A stretch of DNA of 63,912 bases, counting the filler, from Octopus bimaculoides (lineage: Eukaryota): the NCBI RefSeq assembly GCF_001194135.2. It is 3 parts of 3 records of this genome, joined end to end, with 100 filler letters (N's around TTAATTAATTAA, not from the genome) between each part and the next. Parts side by side here need not be neighbours in the genome. Positions count along the whole stretch, not along the records: positions 28,760 to 55,987 come from NC_069004.1; 2 more parts are not named here. The stretch is one strand, 5' to 3'. Of the stretch, positions 36,817-48,484 are shown piece after piece. A model generated the notes under the pieces. It worked only from the letters and a program-made list of their open reading frames with translations. It had not been told where the DNA came from and searched no databases. Numbering within the stretch: the stretch's first letter is position 1; every line of letters begins with the position of its first letter. The position numbers were made by a program, and so were the translations under genes.

Positions 36817-37746
36817 AAGCAATGTGTAAGTCACTATATAAGGGCTATGTGCATAGATGTAAACGTGTGTGTGTGTGTGCACGCGCCTGCGTGTATAATT
36901 GCACCTATGAGCTTAAAATGTACGTATTATAACATATATATTTGCAGAAAATAATTGTCATTCATCCTTTCAGGGTGTACAAGTTGAATACTCGAGCAGC
37001 TGTAATCGACTTACATCCTCCCCTAAAATATTGCTGGCCGTGTGCCAAAATTAGAAAGAATTACACATATATACAAGTAGGTCTATATAATGTCCATGTA
37101 GATGTAGGCGCATTAGTGTGCTTTGGTGTGCATGCGCGCGGTCATAACAAGAGAAGGGTTTGTAGGTGTGTGTAAGGTTACTTTTCATTTTACAACTCCG
37201 GTTTCAATGGACAGGAAGTAGTAGTTGAATCTGCGACTAAACTGAAAACACCGTATCTAACGTTATCAAACGCATAGGTAAGCATACGTAAATGGTATTC
37301 CTACACATGTTGTCCTCCCGCCGAATTTGTTGATTTATAACTTCCATAAAAATGAATACTTCTTAATTTTAAATTTGCTACAAATGTGCTTCAGATGGCG
37401 TAATTTCCGGTTATATCGGAAGACGTGGCGAAAAAAAATTCTCTGAGGGTGAGGTAAGGAGTTTCGGAAAAATCACAGGAATCGGTTTTGTTTCCTCATA
37501 ACTTTCAGAAAAATGGGTAATTTTAAATGAAATTATCTATATCTGTCACACTCTGAAGAGTGTGTAGTTGTGATTAATCCGAATTTAATATGAAAAAATA
37601 AATTTGGTGAACTCGTACACATGCATACTGACACACATAATATATATTACAAGATAAAACTTGAAACTTAGAAGAAAATCGTGATGTGTGTCAGTATGAA
37701 TGGATGTGTGCTAACTATTTTTCTTTTCGCATGAAATGAGCCTTAA

Positions 37747-38327
37747 CCCTTCGTTAGTCAGATGGGGTGTGTTGTCACCTCAATTTTTTTTAAATGCTGG
37801 TAATTTCTAGTTGGCAACTTCTTTTTTGCTCCCTTCATCTACTCTTCTGACTCAGTGAGGGTGTGATGCAGGCGGTGTGGCACAGTCGTGGCTCAATTAT
37901 CGTGGGAGGTAGACGTCGTTTTTGTCTAGTCACTCCATGTGATTAACGCAGTTGAAGTTTTGATTTAAAGCATATTGTAACGGAAATTGCATGTTGTGTT
38001 ATTTTTTAATGTTTAATATTCAGCATAGATATTTAAAAAATCCACAATTGGTATATTCTGTGGGTATTTTCAAAATAAGTGTGATCTGAATCTAAGATTT
38101 TTTTAGTTTTTCCTTAATTTTATAATTTATTTTATTGTATTGTTTTATATTAATATCAATCAGCTCCAAGGGTTTCAAACTTCTCAGCAGTGATTGCAGA
38201 TATATCCTGAATCAACACAATGAGTATGTTCTACATAATAATAAAACTATAAACATTTTTGTATTGGGGTGTGTAAATACCCCATGTGATTAACCATGTT
38301 CGGAAAGGCCAGGTGACTAGCGAAGGG
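37747..38327. mobile_element. piggyBac-like MITE
   Basis: TTAA|CCCTTCGTTAGTCA ... TGACTAGCGAAGGG|TTAC; TIRs match 13/14, TTAA-like target site, no transposase. Confidence 0.75.
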
Positions 38328-38642
38328 TTACTGTGGTTTCAAAATTTCGTTTCGTTCCCACTCCGCCTTCATTTGTTTCGCTTTACTCCGAAAGTTTTTT
38401 TGATTCCATGTAGGAAAGTACGAAAATTATGATTGAAAAATAAAGTTTATTTTCTAAAGTTTCAATTTTTAAAATGTTACTTCTCATCCCCATCCAACCG
38501 CACATCCGCAGCAATATTCTGGATGCTTTTTTTTAATAGCTCGCTCATTTGTGCATGTGCAGGTGATATTCCAAACAGCGCATGAAATGAGCCTCAATAT
38601 GCTAGAAATGACAGCAAAATCTCTGCAGGGTCGAACATGCAC

Positions 38643-38644
<2 letters not shown>

Positions 38645-38673
<29 letters not shown>

Positions 38674-38706
38674 CTTCTTCTTCTTCTTCTTCTTCTTCTT
38701 CTTCTT
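38645..38706. repeat. (CTT)n microsatellite
   Basis: Near-perfect CTT run. Confidence 0.98.
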
Positions 38707-39419
38707 CCGATTTTAGAAAAGAAAAAAAATCTCGATTTTTTTTCATATCCGACATTTTCGAAGCAAATATGGGGAAACCGTGTTTCTAAAGTGAAAAGAT
38801 TTTAGTCCATGTTTTTCTGAATGTCCAATAACATTTTGTCCTCTTTTTCGTCCTTTTGCCCATGAAACTTGTAATCCGCATTTTTAGAGACAAAAGTTTT
38901 ATTGTGGCTTGTCAAGTATTATTGCTCTAATTTTAGAGTGCGCTTCTTTTCGGATTTATAAACTACTGACCGATTTTACACACATACACACAAGTCAATG
39001 ATTCTGAACCATATGGAGCCATAAAGCAACGAACAATCATACAACGTTTTTAGTTGATGTGCGCATATATATGGACTGTGCATATGTACTCGCATACACA
39101 GTTTGGAGTCGATAAAATACCAGTTAAGCACTGGAGTTGATGTAATCGACTAGCCCCCTCCACCATAATTTTAGGCCTTGTGCATATAGTAGAAAGGGTT
39201 ATAATTTACTTTAATGGCATTTTGTTGTAAATGTCAGTCGCCAAAAAAATATTGTATCTCTATGTTTGATGTAACAGATTGAGTTTACACTTTTATGTTT
39301 ACTTTGAAATTTGTATATTACATTGATTGACTGAAGGACGGAACAAAACTAAACAAAATCACATTAGTTAACAACACTAACATCGTGTATAGAATTTCAC
39401 AAATACTGTAGAACATACA

Positions 39420-41270
39420 GGTATGAAAGCTTTCTCAGGGCTCACCAAACCCAATGGAGATCTGCGCCCCATTGCGGTCAGCTGCACCCTTCGCCATCTC
39501 ATTGCAAAAATGTGCTTACAATCGGTCTCTAGCTTATTGGAGGAGGGATTTTCCCCCACCCAGCTAGGAGTGGGCGCCAAACTGAGATATGAAGCTGCCG
39601 CCCACATTACCAGAGCCTATGCCAACTTGTCCTCCTTGTCACCCAAGTTTATCTCCGCCTCAGGAGTCCAACAAGTCGACCCACTCAGGCCCGCTCTGTT
39701 CGCACTGGGCATTGATGACATCACCAAGCTGGGCGTCAAGCTAGACCTCAACGTCTGGTATCGCGATGATGCTTGTTTGCTGGGACCTCCGGACAGGGTT
39801 CTCGCCATTGCAAACATGATGGTTGGGGAGCTTGCTCGCCGGGGTCTCCGAGTAAATAGCTCCACATGTAAGCTCTGGATCCTCAACCAGCCGGCTTCTC
39901 AATATCAACCAGCTATTGACCTTTTTGCAGATTCCTTCCCTTCCATTGCAGTCTTTCCCCCATCGGCTTGGTGCTCTCTAGGTGTCCCAATCACTGACCT
40001 TGCCTATAAGTCCATCTTCCAGTCGAAGGTGGTTGCCCTTGAGCAATTGCTGAAAAATATTGAAGCTGTCGAACCCCATCAAGGTTTTTTCATACTTAGG
40101 AATTACTTCTCGATCTCTAAGCTTCTATATTTACTCAGAGTCAGTACATCTTACCGATTTCCATCGTGCCTCCGACGCTTCGACAACCTAATCTTTAAGA
40201 GACTCGAATGCTTAGTCAATGTCACTCTCTCCAACGTCCCGCGATCAGGCTGCATTGTCCAAGCGATTTGGAGGTCTTGGTCTTCGTAAGTGTTTGTCCC
40301 TCTTTCTCCCCTGCTTCCTTTCTTCCACCCACGCCTGCTCCACCCTGGTGAGCAACATCCTCTCCTCTCCAACATGGACCAGTTCCAACAGGGGATTGGA
40401 TGAAGTTCTCCAACACTGGAAGGAATTGGGCTTGTCTGCTCCTGAGAAGGTGGAGGACTGTCGGAGTCAGAGAGCTTGGGACAACATAATTTCGAAGACC
40501 ACCTTTGACTCCCTCTTCATCTAGTCGGATCAGTTTTCAAGGTGCCGCTTACTGTCTGCTAGCGCCAAATACTCAGGTGACTGGATTGATGCCATCCCTG
40601 TGGCTCATGTTGGTGGCCTACTCAGCTTGGACGAACTTCACGTCTCTATTGCCCTCAGAGTGGGAGCTGACATATGCACGGGTTTGATCTGTCGTTGTTG
40701 CAGGCTCTTCGACTCCACAGGCCTCCATGGCCTTTCTTGTCGCTTCGCGCGTCATATGGAGTTGAACCCGATACTCAAGAGGAGCTTGGCCCGGGCAAAC
40801 ATCCTCCCCATCTTGGAACCATCTGGATTGTCCAGATGTGATGGGAAGAGACCTGATGGCCTCACCCTGTGCCCCTAGTCGCAAGGCAGATGCCTTGTCT
40901 GGGATGTCACAGTTAGCGACTTCTTTGCTTCTTCTCACATCCTGAATGCTGCGGTCAGGGCGAGATCCACAGTTTCTGCGGCCAAGCGGAACAAAATCCT
41001 GAAATACCGCGATCTGTCGGCCAACTACCTTTTCCATCCTGTTCGAGACGTTTGATGGGGTCGGACCACTGACTCGTCTTGCAGAGGTAACTGGTGAGGC
41101 TCGTGAGGGCGCTTGGCTGTTCCAGCGCATCAGCCTCTCCATCACCCGTGGCAACAATGCAAGCGTGCTGGCCTGTCTCAATAGCCATTAGAGAGGTTTC
41201 GCAGTGCCTCCAACTTTTTAACCCCCAAGGTGGTGAATTGTTTTGTTTTTTTGTTTTTTTAAAATTTTTT
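39420..41270 (+). mobile_element. CRE-clade non-LTR retrotransposon (RT plus restriction-like endonuclease), truncated and decayed
   Basis: KPNGDLRPIAV, PTQLGVG, SGVQQVDPL, WYRDD, RFGGLGLR, Cys/His motif (CRC...HGLSC..RH), GKRPDGLT..WDVTV endonuclease; T-rich 3' end. Confidence 0.85.
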
Positions 41271-41536
41271 CAATTGTTTTCCCTGTTTTGTCCACATTTA
41301 AATAAATTTAAATTCTTGTTAAATTTAAATTTTTTAAAAAATTTCAAAGTATAAACCAAAAAGCAGCTCTGAAACAGCAGTCTATGAAAACAATCAACTG
41401 TTGAATAATTTCATATCTGGCGAAGAAGATTATATCAGTTGCATTATTCACATGGTCTCTGGTTGCTTAATACAAAGCGCGGTAACCAAAACACCACTTA
41501 CACCACTTCATTCAAAATATGAGGTGGAAAGGGTCT

Positions 41537-43765
41537 TGTAATGTTAATGGATTTAGGAAATGTGGTGGAAGGGTAATTGACCGGAAGGGAAAAGGAGAGA
41601 CAGCGCAGGAAGACCGAAAGGGACCAGATGACGTCATGTTGGGGAGCGACGGGGAAAGTGTCTCTTTTTACGTTGTCTGCGGACGAGGCAAGTCGTGCTG
41701 CTAGAAGTAGTGTGAAGGGATCCAAGCTGAGAGATCGGTCGAGTCAACATGTGATAACAACTGAATGGTTTGGCCGCGGTACCCGATTGCAACTCGAGGT
41801 AAGAGCAACTCTATTTTGGTGCCTTTGAACTACAAGCTATTTCGGCACGTTGTTACCAGCTGAGGGTATGTCCGAGAAGCATATAGACAAATTTTAAAAA
41901 AATTTTGTTGCTCTTGTTCTTCCTCGTTTCTTTTGCGATGACCACAAAAATCAGAGTCGGTAGTGATGTGTTGAGACCGTTCATTGGGGCAGGCGATGTG
42001 GTGGTCTGGATAAAGAAGGTGAGACTCGTGGCGAAGCTGCAAGGAATAGAACACATGGCTAGCCTTATGCCTTTATACTTAGAAGGCAGTGCGCTGAATC
42101 TGTACTTGGAAATGGATGAAGCGGACTAAGAGAAACCGGAAAAAACTGAAGAGCAGCTGAAGGAAGCGTACACGGATGGGACTTTTAAAACTTACAGCAA
42201 GCTCTGGAGAGTGAGATGGAATGGCGAGCAGATAGACGACTACATGAGCGAGATTATGAGGTTGGTGAGCCTAGCAAGGTTTACTGGAACGAATGGTGAA
42301 GCTGACTTTTGTGACTGGTTTCTCCGATCAAATCTCTCTACGTTTGCAGCGGATGCCGGACATAGAAATGATGTCGGTAGGAGAGATGATTGACAAATCG
42401 CGGGTATTGTTGCAAAGTGACACATGAGACGTAGCGGCAACAGTGACGGCGGATACGAGCAAGACGAAGAGGCAGGCGGTGAACAACGACAGCAAGAGTC
42501 TGGAGAGGCGAACGGTCAACGGACCGTGCTTCGGATGTTGAGGTCCGCATATAGTCAGGGAATGCACGGGAACGAAGCCTATGGTGGTGTGTTACCGATG
42601 CGGCCAACCTGGGCTCATAGAAAATAACTGCAAGTAGGAAAACGAGCAGAGGGGAACTACTGCGCCGCTAGTTCCCTCCACAACCAATTGAAAGCGCACC
42701 ACTGATCGTTGCCTATAGTGAAGCTTACGAGGGTGGGGAAGCACGAGCCCTCATGAATACGGGTTGCGTAACAACTCTGGTGACCGCAAAAATGGACGAA
42801 TGCTAGAAAGGAAACACCAGACTCAGAACAGTAGATGAGAATGTGACATCGGCAGAGGAAATCCTGGACCATCTTAGGAAGTTCGGACTGACAACAAAAC
42901 CACGAGAGGTTATAGAAAGAGGGCTCAGGCTCGAAAGAGATAAAACAGAGGAAACAAGGTCCCGGACCTAAATCAAGATATGAATTGGCAAGGGCTGTTC
43001 TCGATGTGTAGGAAGCTAGTGGGTCACTACCCTGTCGCAGGATGGCTCTGAACGGCATGTAGCTATGTCAAAAGGCGAGCAGAAGAAGTGAAGACAATGG
43101 TAATAATGCGAGAGGTTTTGGAGAGAGTGCGAGCGGAAGATACAGTGAAGGGCAGCTGGTACGTGCCTGATACAAATAAAGGGATCGTGTGGTGCGACGC
43201 GAGCAGGATAGCGTTGGAAGTCATGCTGGAAATAGGAGGTGTTGAGGTGGAAGACGCGGCGTGGCTTAGGAAGAAGGACGGCTACAACCACATCAACGTA
43301 ATTGAACTGGATGCTGTATTAAAGAGTGTGCACCTAGCACTGAGATGGGGACTGGCGAACTGTCGAGGTCCGGACTGATTCTGCCACAGTGCGAGGGTGA
43401 GTGGAATTAGTGATCGCTAACCTGAAGAGGAATCATACGAAAGGAACCGCGGAAATAGTGATTACGCGTCGCCTGGGAATCCTGAGCTAGCTGCCGAGTT
43501 CGACCTAGAGTTGCATATGGTCTTCAAGCCATCGGAAAAGAATATGATGGAGGTTCTAACCAGAGTGAAAAATCATTGGTTGGAAATGGCAGAGGATGTT
43601 CCGGGTGTGGTAGCAGCTGTTTGTGGGCTGGAGAGTACAGAACTGAGGAGGCTGTAAAACATGCTCCACATGGAGATCGACAAGACGTTGTTTTTGGCTA
43701 GGACTGCCGACCCCGATGTCACCAGGGAGAGCGTTCGGAGGAAAGTGGGGAATTGCAACAATATC
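41537..43765 (+). mobile_element. Gypsy-like LTR retrotransposon with RT region deleted
   Basis: Candidate LTR TGTA...CTACA (41537-41834). Gag VAKLQGIEHMASLMPLYLEGSAL with CFGC/CYRCG knuckles, protease-like ARALMNTG, RNase H WCDASRIALE...HINVIELDAV, start of integrase. Confidence 0.8.
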
Positions 43766-43816
43766 GTAAATCATTAGCAAAAACAAATAAGATTAAACAG
43801 TCGTCCATGTAAGAGA

Positions 43817-43881
43817 CATATACATACATACATACATACATACATACATACATACATACATACATGCATGCATACATAATG

Positions 43882-43912
<31 letters not shown>

Positions 43913-44046
43913 GCATGCATACATACATACATACATACATACAAACATACATGCATGCATACATAATACATAATACATAATACATACATACATGCATACA
44001 TACATACATACATACATACATGCATGCATACATACATACATACATA
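43817..44046. repeat. (CATA)n compound microsatellite; further tract at ~44860-44950
   Basis: Direct reading. Confidence 0.97.
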
Positions 44047-44865
44047 CCAGAAGACCATGTATGTACATGTTAGTATAAAGCTTCGAGATGATAGTAACAT
44101 TGATCATCAAAACAGTTTTTCATGGACCAACAACCGGATTACTATCTCCCACTTTAAAGGAAGAGCAGCAAAATGTAACAACCGATGCAGACTTTATAGA
44201 ATTAACACTGAAGGTACCAACCACATCATAAGTAGTTGCCCAAAAATGTCATCACGGTATTATCTACCGATGAAACATGATGTAGCTAGGGCACTGTATA
44301 ACAAGATCCGTCGAAAGGATAACCCAGAAGACAAAGAAATAAGAACGCACAGTATGGTGGAAGCCATGGCCGCTCATAAAAGAAATGAGTATTGCTGGAA
44401 TGTCCCAGTGAAAACCTCAATAAAATGTAAACCCAATAGACCTGATATAATGATTTGGGATAGAGAAGAGAAACCGTGTACAGTTGTGGAAGTCAGCTGC
44501 CCAGCGCATGTTAGCATAAAGCTGAAGATCAGTGAAAAAGAGAACACCTACGCTGAATTATTGAGAAATCTGCAGTTACTCTATCCAGACTACAAGTTCA
44601 GGTTTCTACCTGTAATTATTGGGGCACTAGGATATGTAACACACTGCCTAAATACCAATCTTGAGAAATTAGGCTTCTCAAAACCAGAAAGATGAAAGCT
44701 GATTCGAAGACTCAAGATCTAATCCATCACTGGAACTATAAAAATGTGTAAAACTTTCCAGAAGTTTATCATTTAAGTATATATGAGCACGTCTAGATAT
44801 GCAATTATATGCATGAGAAGACACATAAAACAAAACATACAAATCTGCACGTAAACAAAGATACA

Positions 44866-44899
<34 letters not shown>

Positions 44900-45058
44900 C
44901 ATACATACATACATACATACATACATACATACATGCATACATACATATATACACAAATATACTTTTGTTGATGTTGAAATTCCAATGAAGGAACCTTGGA
45001 TCTAGGTTAGAAACCGGCTCTTTCTCTATTGAAATAAAACTGGATAAAACTGAATAAT
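44047..45058 (+). mobile_element. R4/Dong-type RLE non-LTR element, 3' part
   Basis: CCHC-like CRLYRINTEGTNHIISSC, RPDIMIWD..PCTVVEVSCP endonuclease, LPVIIGALG; flanked by CATA repeats. Confidence 0.88.
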
Positions 45059-45149
45059 GACGTACATATATATCATACATACATGCATACATGTCTAATG
45101 ACTGAAACAAAAAGATAAAAAATATATATAATGAGGTAGTGTTGTTTTT

Positions 45150-45410
45150 TTATGTGTGTGATTTGTGGGAGGAAATGCAGGCCTGTTGTAAATTGTGATA
45201 CGGCTATTGTTCAGAAGAGAACCTGTGCAACCTGTGGAAAGGTGTGCCTTTCTGTAGGAGGATTGAAAAAGGCATGTCAAAAGAATTCATACTGTGACAC
45301 TTGTTCCTCCTGCCAGCCAACACAGCTGCGGATTATGCAATAGAATGAGCAAATCTTTGACCGGCCATACAAGAGTTTCACCATTGCATCATCAGTGACT
45401 CATTTCAGTA
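45150..45410 (+). pseudogene. Degenerate C2H2 zinc-finger fragments, probably a LINE C-terminus
   Basis: CVICGRKC; CATCGKVCLSVGGLK(frameshift)RHVKRIH; CGLCNRMSKSL. No TGEKP linkers. Confidence 0.5.
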
Positions 45411-46424
45411 TTTCTTTCTAGCAATGGCTTTGCTCGTATACGAGAAAGCAGCTACTATATATATATATATATATATATATCATATTATATTATATTATAT
45501 TATATTATAAAATAAGAGCAGGAAATTGCATCAAGAAATCATCACAGAAGATATACGTCCCAAATAATATTGTATTAACAGATAGATGTATAAATATATA
45601 AAGTATGGTTATTTAAAAAGTTTAAAAGTTTAAAATATCTTACGATCGTTTTATGAATGTATTACCTTTCGAAATTAAATCTAGAATTGATAATCATTAT
45701 TATGTAATACATCCACTCGTCAGAGAAAAGGGGATGAATTTCCGTGTAGTCAATCGAATGCTATTTAAAAATATATGAAAAAGATGTTTAAAGATGTTGT
45801 ATAAAAAGTTACTGGCATAGATGTGTGTTGGTACAATCTTGTGCTAAAAAGTTTGAAGAAATAATATACATCCGTGATAAAATTCTCTGCAGTAATCCAT
45901 AATGGCTGTGTGTAAATACAAATCCTATAATTCTGTTCTCTTCAATGTGTGATCCATAAATGCAGAAAATAATAGTAGTTAAATTTTTGCCTTTTATACA
46001 TATTGCTTTTTTTATCAATGACGCAAGTATTTTATTTCTTTCTACATTTCTTTCTTTCCCTTTTTCTTTCTCCCCACCACTTCCATTCTTTCTTTTCTGA
46101 ACGCGTGGTGTAATCTGTGTCAGACGTGACGTAAGATTTTCGTGAATAAAATAGCTTGAATATATTTACTCTCACCCGCCTTCTCTTCTCGCTGTCTTTC
46201 CTCAGTATACTTTACATTATTTTCGTTAACTTATTTACTATTTTATTTGTGCGTCACCATCGCTTCTTCTAGGTTGTTGAATAAAGTTATACAGTTTTTA
46301 TCTTCACACAGTTTAACTTCTGACACATGGGACAGTCTTTCAATGAAACAGGCCAATTCATTGTCATTTAGTCGTCGAAGCTAAGACGTAGTAAGTGATA
46401 CAGTATGACGAGGCTTGGTTGGGC

Positions 46425-47092
46425 TTTGCTAAATGCTTAGCGGTATTTCGCTTGTCGCTACGTTCTGAGTTCAAGTTTCGCCGAGGTCGACTTTGCCTTT
46501 CATCCTTTCGGGGTCGATAAATTAAGTACCAGTGATATAATCGACACATCCCCTCCCCCAAATGGCTGCCCTTGGGGCAAAATTTGAGACCATTATTATT
46601 ATTATTATTGTTGTTATTGTTATTGTTGTTGTTACGGTTGCTAGCTGGCAGAATCGTTAGCTTGCTAGGCAAAATGCTTAGTGGCGTTTTGCCCGTTGCT
46701 ATGTTCTGAGTTCAAATTCCGCCGAGGTTGACTTTGCCTTTCATCCTTTCGGCGTCGATAAAATAAGTACCAGTTAAGCACTGGGATCGATCTAATCGAC
46801 TTACCTCCTCTCCCGAACTTGCTGACTTTGTGCTAAAATTCGAAATCATCATTATTATTATTGTTGTTACTAAGGCGACTAGCTGGCAGAATCGTTAGCG
46901 TGCTGGGCGAAATGCTTAGCGGTATTTAGTTTGCCGTTGGGTTCTGAGTTAAAATTTCGCCGAGGTCGACTTTGCTTTTCATCCTTTCGGGGTTGATGAA
47001 TTAAGTACTAGTGGGGTCGATGTAATCGACTCATCCCCTTTCCCAAAATGGCTGCCTTGTGGAAAAGTTTGAAACCATTATTATTATTGTTA
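46425..47092 (+). mobile_element. Head-to-tail array of three tRNA-derived SINEs with (ATT/GTT)n tails
   Basis: Units at ~46425-46630 (headless), 46635-46870 and 46873-47092; tggcagaatcgttag A-box-like and gttcaaattcc B-box-like sequences; array runs into a gap. Confidence 0.9.
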
Positions 47093-47876
47093 NNNNNNNN
47101 NNNNNNNNNNNNNNNNNNNNNNNNNNNNNNNNNNNNNNNNNNNNNNNNNNNNNNNNNNNNNNNNNNNNNNNNNNNNNNNNNNNNNNNNNNNNNNNNNNNN
47201 NNNNNNNNNNNNNNNNNNNNNNNNNNNNNNNNNNNNNNNNNNNNNNNNNNNNNNNNNNNNNNNNNNNNNNNNNNNNNNNNNNNNNNNNNNNNNNNNNNNN
47301 NNNNNNNNNNNNNNNNNNNNNNNNNNNNNNNNNNNNNNNNNNNNNNNNNNNNNNNNNNNNNNNNNNNNNNNNNNNNNNNNNNNNNNNNNNNNNNNNNNNN
47401 NNNNNNNNNNNNNNNNNNNNNNNNNNNNNNNNNNNNNNNNNNNNNNNNNNNNNNNNNNNNNNNNNNNNNNNNNNNNNNNNNNNNNNNNNNNNNNNNNNNN
47501 NNNNNNNNNNNNNNNNNNNNNNNNNNNNNNNNNNNNNNNNNNNNNNNNNNNNNNNNNNNNNNNNNNNNNNNNNNNNNNNNNNNNNNNNNNNNNNNNNNNN
47601 NNNNNNNNNNNNNNNNNNNNNNNNNNNNNNNNNNNNNNNNNNNNNNNNNNNNNNNNNNNNNNNNNNNNNNNNNNNNNNNNNNNNNNNNNNNNNNNNNNNN
47701 NNNNNNNNNNNNNNNNNNNNNNNNNNNNNNNNNNNNNNNNNNNNNNNNNNNNNNNNNNNNNNNNNNNNNNNNNNNNNNNNNNNNNNNNNNNNNNNNNNNN
47801 NNNNNNNNNNNNNNNNNNNNNNNNNNNNNNNNNNNNNNNNNNNNNNNNNNNNNNNNNNNNNNNNNNNNNNNNNNNN

Positions 47877-48227
47877 TGAAATAGGTATTTTTGTAGTCCT
47901 ATGGTGGTTATTTTATAATAGTTTTCCAGCTGTATAAGACCCCTACCACCTTTTGTACGTTGTATATATAGCCTTTCTATGTCAGATTTTGGGTGGTGCA
48001 TCCTAGATCCTGTCATTATTTTTCTTGTTTTCCTGTCTATTTTCGTTAGTTCGTTTCGTGTCCAGTTAAAGATATTGTAGCTGTAACTTATAACTGAGAC
48101 GGCTAAAGTGTTAATACCTATTATCTTGTTTTTAGCATTGAGCTCTATTTTTAGTATTGATCTATCTCGTCTATAGTATTCTTTCTATATTTTCTCTTTC
48201 ATTTGTGTGTGTTGTATCCTATTTGTG
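47877..48227 (-). mobile_element. R4/Dong-type element fragment (post-RT region)
   Basis: ELNAKNKIIGINTLAVSVISYSYNIFNW...KTRKIMTGSRMHHPKSDIERLYIQRTKGGRGL; continues into a gap. Confidence 0.85.
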
Positions 48228-48351
48228 AAGGTCGGCTTTGCCTGTCATCCTTTTGACGTCGATAAGATAAGTACCAGTTGAGTACTGGGGTCGATGCAAT
48301 CGATTTTCTCCTTCCTCGAACTTGCTGGCCTTGTACTAAAATTTGTAATTT

Positions 48352-48352
48352 G

Positions 48353-48392
<40 letters not shown>

Positions 48393-48429
48393 GTCATCAT
48401 CATCATTATCATCATCATCATCATCATCA

Positions 48430-48483
<54 letters not shown>
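48352..48483. repeat. (CAT)n(TAT)n compound microsatellite (SINE tail)
   Basis: Direct reading. Confidence 0.97.

Positions 48484-48484
<1 letters not shown>

Noticed and set aside
46635-46730. tRNA-like A/B boxes
   Set aside because: They are heads of a multi-copy SINE with no intact cloverleaf; no tRNA gene is called.
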